The translations under genes were made by a program, and so were the position numbers. DNA of 64,000 nucleotides from an uncultured Bdellovibrionales bacterium (GTDB taxonomy: Bacteria > Pseudomonadota > Alphaproteobacteria > Micavibrionales > SZUA-601): positions 34,053-98,052 of the forward strand of contig CAZBXD010000002.1 in assembly GCA_964496065.1 (NCBI GenBank), given 5' to 3'. The notes under the pieces are model-generated. The model was given only the letters and a program-made list of their open reading frames with translations. It was not told the DNA's origin and searched no databases. How positions within the stretch are numbered: position 1 is the stretch's first letter; each line of letters starts with the position of its first letter. Of the stretch, positions 38,780 to 47,925 are shown piece after piece.

Positions 38780-41458
38780 TTACGGAGTTTTGGGATCTTT
38801 TGGTTTTCGACTTAATCCCTTAGCAAGGGCGCCTGTCACAGCCCCGCTGACTTTCTCATACTCTCTGGTCATAAGATATGGGCTAGCCCCCTGAACACCT
38901 GCTGTTGTAATACCACTCAAGCCATTTGCAGAAACACCCAACCAGCGCATAAACTGATTTGGAATCTCATCAATAAGCTTATACAACGACACAGCTAGGC
39001 TGTATGTTAGAAAAACATAAAGCACAATATAAGCAAGCATCTGAATTGCCACAGAAAATAGAGACCCAGAGGCCAAAACAAGGATTACTCGCCCAGTATC
39101 GATGTCACCAAATCCAATCGTAGGAACAAACTGAGCGTAAATAGCGTTTAAATATCCAATTGCACCGTAGAAAATCGTTGTAATACCAACGAAAACCATA
39201 ATAATAACGGTGGGTCGAAGAAAAATTTCAAAAATCAACCATGCTCCTTGTGCCGCACGCTCACCAAAGAACCCATCCCCCCCAATCGTTAAAAACGAAA
39301 GCGCCCAGAGGGGCATACCAATTGCTGCTTCAAAAACACTCGCTATCCACTCAACTACTGCAAAAAGAAAGTAAATAAAGGGAAGAGCTGTAATTCCTAT
39401 TGCCAAAGCAAAGCCAGAAAGAGCAAACACACTTGCCATCGCGAGTAAAACTGACCCTAAAGCTGGTGCACTAAAACCTGCAATTGAACTACTTGCTAAA
39501 ATACCTAATGCTGTCAACGCACCTGCACTTGCTAACAAGGTGTTGCCAAAAAATATCAGTCTACCAATAGGGTTAATATCATCTAAAGCAAAGCTATCAA
39601 AAACTCTACTAACATAACGCATCATTTTTCTTACGAACTCACTGTTACTTGTATCTTGTCTATTCGCCTTCCTTGACGCAGTCATTAATTCCTGTTCCCA
39701 AAGGCCTGCATAGTCAACATATGCCGCATCTGCTGCACTTGCTCTAGGTGCATCGAAAAACCAACCGTCTGCCTGATTTAGGATTATGTTGATTTTTGCC
39801 CCAATAACAGCATTTGAATTTTGTTCGTTCGTGATAATTTCCCAAAGCCCTTTCATCGGCCCGATGAATGGAATTGCTAAATTATCCTTAGCAATCTCAA
39901 GAGTTCTATCGAGTGTTAGGGTGTAGGGATTTGCTTCTGGATTTTCAAGAAGCGCTGGAAGAGAAACAATTTCTGGCTTCATTGAAGCAGCAGCAGAAAT
40001 ATAATTATTGGCCTTTGTTATTGCTAAAAAAGAGGCCCCTGCAGACGCCCACCCCCCTTGCGCTGAGCTTGAAATCATGTATATCAGAGAGGCGTCAACC
40101 TTATCAAATATTGCATCCCAGTCATTACCAACATAAAATCGATCATCTGCTGCACTTGGACGCCCCAGATTTTCATGAAAAGCTCTAATTGGAGTAACTA
40201 CACTCCCTCGATATGCGGCCAATGTTTCTTCAATATCCTGTTCCTTTGTATCTATCACAGATTCCGCAAGGCGCTTTGCCATAGGTTGATAAGTTTTCAA
40301 AAGATCAGCCAAATATGTTGCAATATGCCGTTCCACCGCTTGTGAAAAAGCAGATAAATTGAGTGGATCAGGCGGCGTAAGTCCAGAAAATTCAACAAAA
40401 GGTGCAGTAACATCTGCGCTACCAGCTGGTACTCTTATAGAACCACAAAAATCATAATCCAGCCCCACGCCCCATTCGTATAACACAGATTTGCTATTTA
40501 TCTCTGGCGTTGTACGAAAGTTTACATATTCATCCGCACCTAAATTTCCAAGACGGGCGGTTTCGTTCCAAGCTTCTTCGCATGTTAGAATTAAAAATGC
40601 CCCTCGGGCAAAAACATAGCCAGGATCTGGCCTTGAGGCCGAGATAAAATTTTCTGCATTCAATCTTGTAAGACCATTCACCCAAATATTGGTTGCAAGA
40701 GCTGATCCCCAATGCGCGGCCTGAAAAACAATAAGTTGTGCCGAGTTATAGCCACCACTCGTGATAGGAACGAGAAGGCCAACAGCTACCGCCAAACGGA
40801 TTGGTGCCCAAACTGTATCAAAACGCTTCCCAAAGGGTTGACCGGTTTGCGCACTTTCCGCCACTGTTGTGATAAGAAGGTAGATCACAATAAACCCAGC
40901 AATAATCAGCATCGCTTGGCTATAAGTTGCAAGCATCCCCGCAACCATATCAGCCATAAGATTGCCTGCAGGGTTATCAGTACCTGTCCAAATATCTGCA
41001 AGACCAACCTGACCAAAAGTATTATGCAAAAAATTATAAGCAACATCATTCACTGGGGGGGCTGCGGCTGGGTTACTAAAATACTGCGCATGGGCATTTG
41101 TCACGCCAGAAGCCAACTGAACAATAACCAGACCCACCATCAAAATTGTCATCAAAAACGCACCGATGACTGAGAAAAACATCAAGATTTGCGGAATGTT
41201 TTTCTTACTAAACTCAACATTACTGGCAGCGAGACCAATAATATCCCGAAAACGATATTGACCAATATTTTGTGTTAACAGGCACGGGTGATTATGCGGG
41301 ATAAGCCCGGCCGCCCCAAATGTCATCGTAAAGATATGAAGAAAATGCACCACTAGCCCCGCCATACGCCGCAAACGAGGTAATATCCCCGGTAACAGCA
41401 TATATTTAGCCACCTTACCAGTGGTGATTTGCGGTGATTGAGGGGCGTGTTCGACCAT
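38780..41458 (-). CDS. DotA/TraY-like polytopic inner-membrane protein (type IVB secretion/IncI-conjugation family), orphan
   Basis: 892 aa. Three segments match my recollection of DotA/TraY conserved blocks: the N-terminal LLPGILPRLRR...LIPHNHPCL; the block TTVAESAQTGQPFGKRFDTVWAPIRLAVAVGLLVPITSGGYNSAQLIVFQAAHWGSALATNIW; and the C-terminal EAAIGMPLWALSFL...GAWLIFEIFLRPTVIIMVFVG. It has a large periplasmic middle and a multi-TM C-terminus. Not verified by any profile search. Confidence 0.5.
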   Translation of the reverse strand: MVEHAPQSPQITTGKVAKYMLLPGILPRLRRMAGLVVHFLHIFTMTFGAAGLIPHNHPCLLTQNIGQYRFRDIIGLAASNVEFSKKNIPQILMFFSVIGAFLMTILMVGLVIVQLASGVTNAHAQYFSNPAAAPPVNDVAYNFLHNTFGQVGLADIWTGTDNPAGNLMADMVAGMLATYSQAMLIIAGFIVIYLLITTVAESAQTGQPFGKRFDTVWAPIRLAVAVGLLVPITSGGYNSAQLIVFQAAHWGSALATNIWVNGLTRLNAENFISASRPDPGYVFARGAFLILTCEEAWNETARLGNLGADEYVNFRTTPEINSKSVLYEWGVGLDYDFCGSIRVPAGSADVTAPFVEFSGLTPPDPLNLSAFSQAVERHIATYLADLLKTYQPMAKRLAESVIDTKEQDIEETLAAYRGSVVTPIRAFHENLGRPSAADDRFYVGNDWDAIFDKVDASLIYMISSSAQGGWASAGASFLAITKANNYISAAASMKPEIVSLPALLENPEANPYTLTLDRTLEIAKDNLAIPFIGPMKGLWEIITNEQNSNAVIGAKINIILNQADGWFFDAPRASAADAAYVDYAGLWEQELMTASRKANRQDTSNSEFVRKMMRYVSRVFDSFALDDINPIGRLIFFGNTLLASAGALTALGILASSSIAGFSAPALGSVLLAMASVFALSGFALAIGITALPFIYFLFAVVEWIASVFEAAIGMPLWALSFLTIGGDGFFGERAAQGAWLIFEIFLRPTVIIMVFVGITTIFYGAIGYLNAIYAQFVPTIGFGDIDTGRVILVLASGSLFSVAIQMLAYIVLYVFLTYSLAVSLYKLIDEIPNQFMRWLGVSANGLSGITTAGVQGASPYLMTREYEKVSGAVTGALAKGLSRKPKDPKTP

Positions 41459-41678
41459 AAAATCCTAATTTGTAAACAGCTGTTCAGTCATTATAGCAAA
41501 AAATTAAGTAAAATTCTATACAATTTTTACAAATCGTTAAGAAAACTCTATATCGCTTATAACATTTACGCGCAAAACTGTTAAGAAATTACCAAAGAAA
41601 AGCGTTTTTCATAAAGTTTTTATTAAATAATCACTGCTAGCATACTAATTACACATACGAGGATGTAGATTAAAGATC

Positions 41679-41954
41679 ATGACCGCCCCCCAAGACCATC
41701 AAGAAAATGAAAACGTTACCGTCTATATTACCGCAGAAACAGAAGGCAAAGGCCCATTTTGGGCCATCCTAGCGATGACACCGGACCGCTATATTGCCTA
41801 TATTGAATCAATGGAAAGCGGGAAGGAATTAGCCCTTGGAGATCTTGGTACTATTCTAGAAAGCGGCTGGGGAAAACATCCGTCACAAGAAGCGCTTGCC
41901 GGTTATATAGAAAAATATTCCGATATCAAACATCTCGAGCATCTCCTACAATAA
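41679..41954 (+). CDS. hypothetical small acidic protein
   Basis: 91-aa ORF divergent from the DotA-like gene, with no recognised motif. Confidence 0.35.
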   Translation: MTAPQDHQENENVTVYITAETEGKGPFWAILAMTPDRYIAYIESMESGKELALGDLGTILESGWGKHPSQEALAGYIEKYSDIKHLEHLLQ

Positions 41955-42213
41955 ATTATTGACATAATAAATAACTTATGTTAAAAGAAGGTGCAGTTAT
42001 ATCGCCAGTATTATGTGGATTTAAATGTCTGATATTCAAAAAATAATCGATCAAATCGAAGATGCGATTCTTCATGGAAAAATTGATGGTAGAAAAATAT
42101 ACGATCTACACCCAAAAGAGCTCGAAAAACTAGCGAAGCTCAGACCATTTTGAACTAAGCGCCAAAACTAAAGCGCTTACACAATAAACCCCTTGCCAAA
42201 ATAATTAATTCAA

Positions 42214-42290
42214 TGGTGGGCCGGGAGGGACTCGAACCCCCAACCAGACCGTTATGAGCGGCCGGCTCTAACCAGTTGAGCTACCGGCCC
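42214..42290 (-). tRNA. tRNA with CAT anticodon (elongator Met, or Ile2 if modified to lysidine)
   Basis: The reverse complement GGGCCGGTAGCTCAACTGGTTAGAGCCGGCCGCTCATAACGGTCTGGTTGGGGGTTCGAGTCCCTCCCGGCCCACCA folds as a cloverleaf. It has a 7-bp acceptor stem, a GCTC/GAGC D stem, the anticodon loop CTCATAA, a GGGGG/CCCTC T stem with a TTCGAGT loop, and an encoded CCA. It is not an initiator: positions 1 and 72 pair, and there is no GGG/CCC anticodon stem. Confidence 0.85.
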
Positions 42291-42344
42291 CACCGAGGAG
42301 ACGCATGATTTATCGCGCAAAAGCAACAATAAAACAAGATCGTT

Positions 42345-42836
42345 TTATCGCTTTTCTGCTAAAAGGTCATTAATCCGTTGATCAAGGTTTAAGACAAAGC
42401 CATCCCATTCTTGTTCGAATGGCACTCCGAGATACTCACAAGTCAAAACCATTTTATCAAAACGCTGATATTGCGGCTCCAGAACAACAACCGGAGCCTT
42501 TTTATGATGAATCCCAAATTCAAGCAATGTAATCGGCGATACCGTATCATTACAAAAGTAATAAACCAAAAGATCCGCCTTTGATTGATGATTAAGCTCC
42601 CACCTGACATGGGTTCGAAAATCTTGGTTATCTGTATTTCTATGCCCTCTGTTAGCCCACCCATCGTGGCGTGGATTAATCACGACAAGCCTTTCCTGAT
42701 AGCTTTTCATGCTCAGATCATTAATGAGGGCTTCGCGCCAATCTGGTGAGGCAGTTTTATCAATCGAGCCGCCGAGAAAAATACTGATCTGATCCTCAGA
42801 TTTCTCAAAAGTATCGGGTGATTTAATAACTTGCAT
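42345..42836 (-). CDS. nucleoside 2-deoxyribosyltransferase-like protein
   Basis: 163 aa. IFLGGSI...WREALI...VINPR...VRWELNHQSKADLLVYYF...SPITLLEFG matches the 'Nuc_deoxyri_tr2'-type family pattern as I remember it. Confidence 0.55.
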   Translation of the reverse strand: MQVIKSPDTFEKSEDQISIFLGGSIDKTASPDWREALINDLSMKSYQERLVVINPRHDGWANRGHRNTDNQDFRTHVRWELNHQSKADLLVYYFCNDTVSPITLLEFGIHHKKAPVVVLEPQYQRFDKMVLTCEYLGVPFEQEWDGFVLNLDQRINDLLAEKR

Positions 42837-42843
42837 TTATAAC

Positions 42844-44820
42844 TTATGTATCCAGGAAGCTACGCAGTTTGCGCGAGCGGCTTGGATGTTTCAGTTTCCG
42901 CAGCGCTTTTGCCTCAATCTGTCTGATCCGTTCCCGCGTGACCGAGAATTGTTGCCCGACTTCCTCCAACGTATGGTCGGTATTCATACCAATGCCAAAA
43001 CGCATCCGCAATACTCGTTCTTCACGCGGTGTCAGCGATGAAAGAACGCGCGTTGTTGTCTCGCGTAGATTCGAATTAATTGCCGCATCAAGCGGTTGGA
43101 TAACATTTTTATCTTCTATAAAGTCACCAAGCTGACTATCTTCTTCATCGCCAACCGGCGTTTCAAGAGAAACGGGTTCTTTCGCTATTTTCAATACTTT
43201 ACGCACTTTTTCTAAAGGCATATGCAAGCGTTCAGAGAGCTCCTCCGGGGTCGGTTCTCGGCCAATTTCATGGACCATTTGCCGGGAAGTGCGCATAATC
43301 TTATGGATCGTCTCAATCATATGCACGGGGATACGGATCGTGCGCGCCTGATCCGCGATTGAGCGCGTAATCGCTTGTCTAATCCACCAAGTGGCATAGG
43401 TTGAGAATTTATAGCCGCGGCGATATTCAAACTTATCAACCGCTTTCATCAAGCCAATATTCCCCTCTTGAATCAAATCAAGGAATTGAAGGCCACGATT
43501 GGTATATTTCTTCGCAATCGAAATCACAAGTCGGAGATTAGCCTCAACCATCTCTTTTTTAGCGCGCGCTGCCTCCTTCTCTCCTTTTTGTACCATGGCG
43601 ACAATCCGACGGAACTCACTGATCCGCAAATTAGCTTCTTCAGAAATTTCAGTAATTTGTTCACGGATTTTTTCAATATCTTTACTGTATTTATCGGCAA
43701 ACTCTTTCCAGCCCTTGGTACTGAATTTTTTAATCTGACTCACCCATTTTGTATCAACTTCAGATCCATAATATTGCGCAAGAAACTCCGTACGGTCGAT
43801 TTTACAACTTATTGCCAAACGCAGAAGCTTCCCCTCAAGCCCAACCAATCGGCGATTGAGCGTATAATGCTGATTAATAAGCTGTTCAATGCGCACAGAA
43901 TTCAAATGAACCCCATTCATAAGGTCAATCAATTTTGACTTGTAGCCATTATATTTTTTATTAAGCGCTGCCTCGGGTTCTTTTCCTTTTGCGATGGCTT
44001 CCAAACGTTGCTGCTGTAAATCATACATTTTGTCATAGGTCTTGCCAATTTTTGCAAAAGTCTTAAGGACTTGTGGCATTAACTCCGCTTCCATGGCTGA
44101 GATCGAAATATTGACCTCATCAAGGTCATCTTCGTCCTCCTGGCTTCTTTCTTCTTCGCCCTCTTCACTATCGGGGTCTTTTTTTTCCTCTAGCGTTGGC
44201 GCTTGGTCGTCTTCTTTTTCTTCTTTTACCAAAGATGCGTTTGCTGTAGGCATCCCATCGCTATCCCCATAGGTCGCCTCTAAATCAAGAACATCACGCA
44301 AAAGCATATGACCTTCTTCCAAAGCATCATGCCATCCAATAATTGCCTGGATAGCCATAGGACTCTCACAAATCCCACCAATCATAGTTTCTTTGCCCGC
44401 TTCAATTCGCTTAGCGATGGCAATCTCACCCTCACGAGAAAGGAGTTCTACCGACCCCATCTCCCGAAGATACATCCGCACAGGATCATCCGTACGCCCG
44501 ACATCTTTTCCCGTAACATTTCCACCAGTAATTGAATATTCATCAGAGCTTTTGCCATCTGAATCGTCATCATCATCGTCATCGTCTGAGTCCGTTACAC
44601 TGATGCCAAGATCAGACAACGTCGCCAAAACATCTTCAATTTGTTCAGAAGAATATTGATCATCTGGCAAAATTTTGTTGAGCTGAGCATAGGACACATA
44701 TCCTCTCTCTTTACCATCCTCAATCATCTTCTTAACGGCTTTAACAAGCTTATCCGTCATCGCTGCTGCTGATTCTGCAGCCAAACCATTATCGTGCTCT
44801 TTATTCTCTGTATCTGTCAT
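42844..44820 (-). CDS. rpoD: RNA polymerase sigma factor RpoD (sigma-70)
   Basis: 658 aa with an acidic region 1, region 2 ([54 protein letters not shown]) and a region 4 HTH. Confidence 0.95.
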   Translation of the reverse strand: MTDTENKEHDNGLAAESAAAMTDKLVKAVKKMIEDGKERGYVSYAQLNKILPDDQYSSEQIEDVLATLSDLGISVTDSDDDDDDDDSDGKSSDEYSITGGNVTGKDVGRTDDPVRMYLREMGSVELLSREGEIAIAKRIEAGKETMIGGICESPMAIQAIIGWHDALEEGHMLLRDVLDLEATYGDSDGMPTANASLVKEEKEDDQAPTLEEKKDPDSEEGEEERSQEDEDDLDEVNISISAMEAELMPQVLKTFAKIGKTYDKMYDLQQQRLEAIAKGKEPEAALNKKYNGYKSKLIDLMNGVHLNSVRIEQLINQHYTLNRRLVGLEGKLLRLAISCKIDRTEFLAQYYGSEVDTKWVSQIKKFSTKGWKEFADKYSKDIEKIREQITEISEEANLRISEFRRIVAMVQKGEKEAARAKKEMVEANLRLVISIAKKYTNRGLQFLDLIQEGNIGLMKAVDKFEYRRGYKFSTYATWWIRQAITRSIADQARTIRIPVHMIETIHKIMRTSRQMVHEIGREPTPEELSERLHMPLEKVRKVLKIAKEPVSLETPVGDEEDSQLGDFIEDKNVIQPLDAAINSNLRETTTRVLSSLTPREERVLRMRFGIGMNTDHTLEEVGQQFSVTRERIRQIEAKALRKLKHPSRSRKLRSFLDT

Positions 44821-44834
44821 CCCTATCCCCTAAC

Positions 44835-46658
44835 CTATTCGTCTTGATGTCCAGCTGTCTGCCGACCCAAACTGACAACACGTTGCACATTTTTATCTGT
44901 AAAATCCTCTGCCACTTGATGAGCGGCGATTCTAGTTTCTGACGCCATTTGATCTTTCTGCATAAGTGCCCAGATATCCTCACACCCATTGCAGACTGCG
45001 TTAAAATCCGCATCAGGTTTAGCAAAATCAGCATGCATATAGGTTTTCTCACTTAACAAGTCAAGCAATGTAGACTCAAACCCTTCTTCTGACAAGAGGT
45101 CTTTTAACGTTGTTCTATCCAATGGATCTTGTGTCATGGCGATTGCCAAAATACTTTGCCTGAGAGAATCGAGATCAGGAGATGGTATATCGAGAATCCC
45201 TAAAACTTCACTAAATAATTCAAGGAGTTGAGGGTGGTTAATTACTGAAGCAAGCAAAATCTTAGCTCGCATGACTTGTTTATTATTCCGAAGACGACTT
45301 AGTTTGGTTGTATTTTTCTTCATCCCTTGCCGGCTATTGGAACGACCAAAAGCCTTGTAAACACGGTCTTTTACCTCAGTAAGATAAAAACGCCTCACAC
45401 CTGAATCTTGGATATTTTGAACCGCTTTTTCCAAACGCGACGCAAGGCCAGCGCGTGCCTCCGGTGTTAGAAATTGACGCCCTTCTGTTTCACGGGCCCA
45501 AATAACCTCTATCAAAGGAACCGCCTCCTTAAGGATTTTATCCATTGCACCCCGCCCCTTTGCCTTGACCAAGCTGTCTGGATCTTCGCCAGCTGGCATA
45601 AAGGCAAAGCGGAGAGATTGATCTGGTTTTAACAAAGGCAATGCGCGATCAAGCACACGATAAGCCGCACGTTTACCAGCATTATCTCCATCGAAACAGA
45701 GGATCGGATTTTTATTCTCAAAAGCACATAAACGCCACAATAGATCAATCTGGTTTTCTGTTACAGCTGTTCCAAGCGGTGCCACCGCCCCAACAAAGCC
45801 AGCCTGTGCCAAAGCAATCACATCCATATACCCTTCTGCAAGAATCACTGGCGCCCCTTTTGCGGCGGCCTGACGAGCGCGTGCCATTCCATACAAAAGC
45901 TGACCCTTGCTAAAAACAGGATGGTCAGGAGAATTGAGATATTTAGGCGGCGTATTGCCATCGCGACGGGTTGGATCAAACGCTTCTTCTAAATGACGGC
46001 CACCAAAGGCAATCACACGGCCACGTTTATCTGTAACGGGGAAGATAATACGCCCACGAAAGAAACTGTATGGCTGGTCTTTTTTATCGTCACGATTAGA
46101 TTGCTTGAGGAGACCAAGCTCAAGTAAATCACTCAGCTTATGACCACGCGCTTGCATCGCCTCACGCAGTTTATCCCAACTATTGGGGGCATAGCCAATA
46201 CGAAATTCTTCCAAAGCTTGGGGCAAGATGCCGCGATTGCGCACATAATCGGCCGCAAATTTATTATCTGGCGCATGCAGCTGGGCTTGGAACCATTGAG
46301 TTGCATCTTCTAACACATCATAGAGCACCTTGGCACGATCATATTTTTGCCGCTCGGCCTCGGATGGTTGCGGCACCTCCATGCCAGCACGCGCTGCAAG
46401 ATCTTCAACCGCATCCATAAATCCCATATTGTCATGGCGCATCTTAAAACTCAGCACATCGCCATGGGCCCCACAGCCAAAACAATGATAAAACCCTTTT
46501 TGATCATTGACGTAAAAGGATGGGGTTTTTTCCTTATGAAACGGGCAGCAGGCCTTAAATTCATTACCGGCGCGCACGAGCTTGACACGTTGCCCAATAA
46601 TATCAGACAACGGCAGCCGTTCTCGCAGTTCATCTAAAAACCGACGGTCAATCGTCAT
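44835..46658 (-). CDS. dnaG: DNA primase
   Basis: 607 aa with a zinc ribbon (CPFHKEKTPSFYVN...CFGCGAHGD) and a TOPRIM domain (ILAEGYMDVI...FDGDNAGKRAA). The dnaG-rpoD operon order is conserved. Confidence 0.95.
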   Translation of the reverse strand: MTIDRRFLDELRERLPLSDIIGQRVKLVRAGNEFKACCPFHKEKTPSFYVNDQKGFYHCFGCGAHGDVLSFKMRHDNMGFMDAVEDLAARAGMEVPQPSEAERQKYDRAKVLYDVLEDATQWFQAQLHAPDNKFAADYVRNRGILPQALEEFRIGYAPNSWDKLREAMQARGHKLSDLLELGLLKQSNRDDKKDQPYSFFRGRIIFPVTDKRGRVIAFGGRHLEEAFDPTRRDGNTPPKYLNSPDHPVFSKGQLLYGMARARQAAAKGAPVILAEGYMDVIALAQAGFVGAVAPLGTAVTENQIDLLWRLCAFENKNPILCFDGDNAGKRAAYRVLDRALPLLKPDQSLRFAFMPAGEDPDSLVKAKGRGAMDKILKEAVPLIEVIWARETEGRQFLTPEARAGLASRLEKAVQNIQDSGVRRFYLTEVKDRVYKAFGRSNSRQGMKKNTTKLSRLRNNKQVMRAKILLASVINHPQLLELFSEVLGILDIPSPDLDSLRQSILAIAMTQDPLDRTTLKDLLSEEGFESTLLDLLSEKTYMHADFAKPDADFNAVCNGCEDIWALMQKDQMASETRIAAHQVAEDFTDKNVQRVVSLGRQTAGHQDE

Positions 46659-46880
46659 ATACTTAAATTCTATTACTTATTTGTTTGCGCCCAACAACTC
46701 TACTTTGTTCCCTGATCGGCATTTTATTTGCGCCGCTAGCTCATTGCTTACTGGACATATCGAGTTATATTGTTTATAAGCTAAGAATACTTTCCTGACA
46801 ACCCAGTAGACACAATTCCTCAAAAAATTAAAGAGGATGTGGCGGGTCTTTTTGTCGTCAGGCCTGTTTTGGAGGTAAAA

Positions 46881-47372
46881 ATGGATAAAATACCAATGAC
46901 AAAAGAGGGCTATGATGTCCTCATGGCAGAATTGAATAACCTGAAAACCAATGAGCGCCCAGCGATTATTGATGCGATTGCCGTTGCCCGTGATCATGGC
47001 GACCTCAAGGAAAATGCTGAATATCACTCAGCGCGTGAAAAACAGGGCTTTATTGAAGGCCGGATTAAGGAACTTGAAACCGTCACCGGCCGGGCCGAGA
47101 TTATTGATTACCTGAAATTTGCTGGTGAAAACAAAGTAAAGTTTGGGGCGACAGTTGATCTTGTAGACGAAGATACCGAAAAAGAAATCCGCTATCACAT
47201 CGTTGGTCATTATGAAGCTGATATCACAAAAAATATGCTTTCTCTCCAAGCCCCGATTGCCCGTGCCCTCATTGGCAAAGAAGTGGGAGATAGTGTTGAG
47301 GTTCAAAGCCCTGGCGGTAAAAAATTCTACGAAATACTAAAAGTCAGTTATACCAAAATTATCGCGACGTAG
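46881..47372 (+). CDS. greA: transcription elongation factor GreA
   Basis: MDKIPMTKEGYDVLMAEL...HGDLKENAEYHSAREKQ. The ATG at 46881 is preceded by GGAGG. The track ORF starts at an upstream GTG. Confidence 0.9.
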   Translation: MDKIPMTKEGYDVLMAELNNLKTNERPAIIDAIAVARDHGDLKENAEYHSAREKQGFIEGRIKELETVTGRAEIIDYLKFAGENKVKFGATVDLVDEDTEKEIRYHIVGHYEADITKNMLSLQAPIARALIGKEVGDSVEVQSPGGKKFYEILKVSYTKIIAT

Positions 47373-47847
47373 AGTCAACATTAATTGGTACACCGGGAAG
47401 ATCTTTGGTTGCTCGAATGCTCAAATTTGAGCGCACATTTGCTACATTTGAGTTTGCCATCAATGTGTTCGTTAGAAATTTTTGGTAATCATCCCAATCA
47501 TATGCCACAACTTTCAACATTAAATCTGTGTCACCAGTCATCATATGGCTCTCTCGAACTCTTGACCACGAATCAACCAAAGCTGTGAACGTTTTTAATT
47601 CATGCTCCGCATGATTAGATAAGGTAACATGAGCAAAAACCGTAACATTATAATCCATAACAGATGGGTCAATATCAGCGTGATAGCCCTTGATATATCC
47701 AGCCTTTTCCAAGGCACGCATGCGCCGTAAGCACGGTGGAGCAGAAATTCCAACACGTTTTGCCAGATTCACATTACTCATTCGACCATCATCTTGTAGA
47801 TCACGAAGGATTTGCCGGTCAATTCTATCGAGTTTAATCTTGCGCAT
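47359..47847 (-). CDS. Lrp/AsnC family transcriptional regulator
   Basis: 162 aa with an N-terminal HTH (LDRIDRQILRDLQDDGRMSNVNLAKRVGIS) and a C-terminal RAM/ACT-like domain. Confidence 0.85.
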   Translation of the reverse strand: MRKIKLDRIDRQILRDLQDDGRMSNVNLAKRVGISAPPCLRRMRALEKAGYIKGYHADIDPSVMDYNVTVFAHVTLSNHAEHELKTFTALVDSWSRVRESHMMTGDTDLMLKVVAYDWDDYQKFLTNTLMANSNVANVRSNLSIRATKDLPGVPINVDSTSR

Positions 47848-47925
47848 TCTTACCCCACCTGTGTATTGTCTAATAGATAATGCACCAAGCCTCTTATCAA
47901 AAGCAAGAAAATTTCAGGAAATCAT

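Noticed and set aside
39913-41173. Antisense ORFs (91 aa and 153 aa) inside the DotA-like gene
   Set aside because: Both are fully embedded opposite a long, coherent membrane-protein frame. Their translated sequences are low-complexity (His/Asn/Cys/Lys-rich) and show no features.
44561-44590. GAT/GAC trinucleotide repeat region
   Set aside because: It encodes the poly-Asp stretch ([12 protein letters not shown]) of the acidic non-conserved region of RpoD, a normal low-complexity feature of sigma-70 proteins.
46677-47027. 116-aa minus-strand ORF spanning the dnaG-greA intergenic region and the greA 5' end
   Set aside because: It overlaps the well-supported greA start (GGAGG-ATG) and has an odd composition with no motif. 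It is probably a chance ORF in AT-rich DNA.
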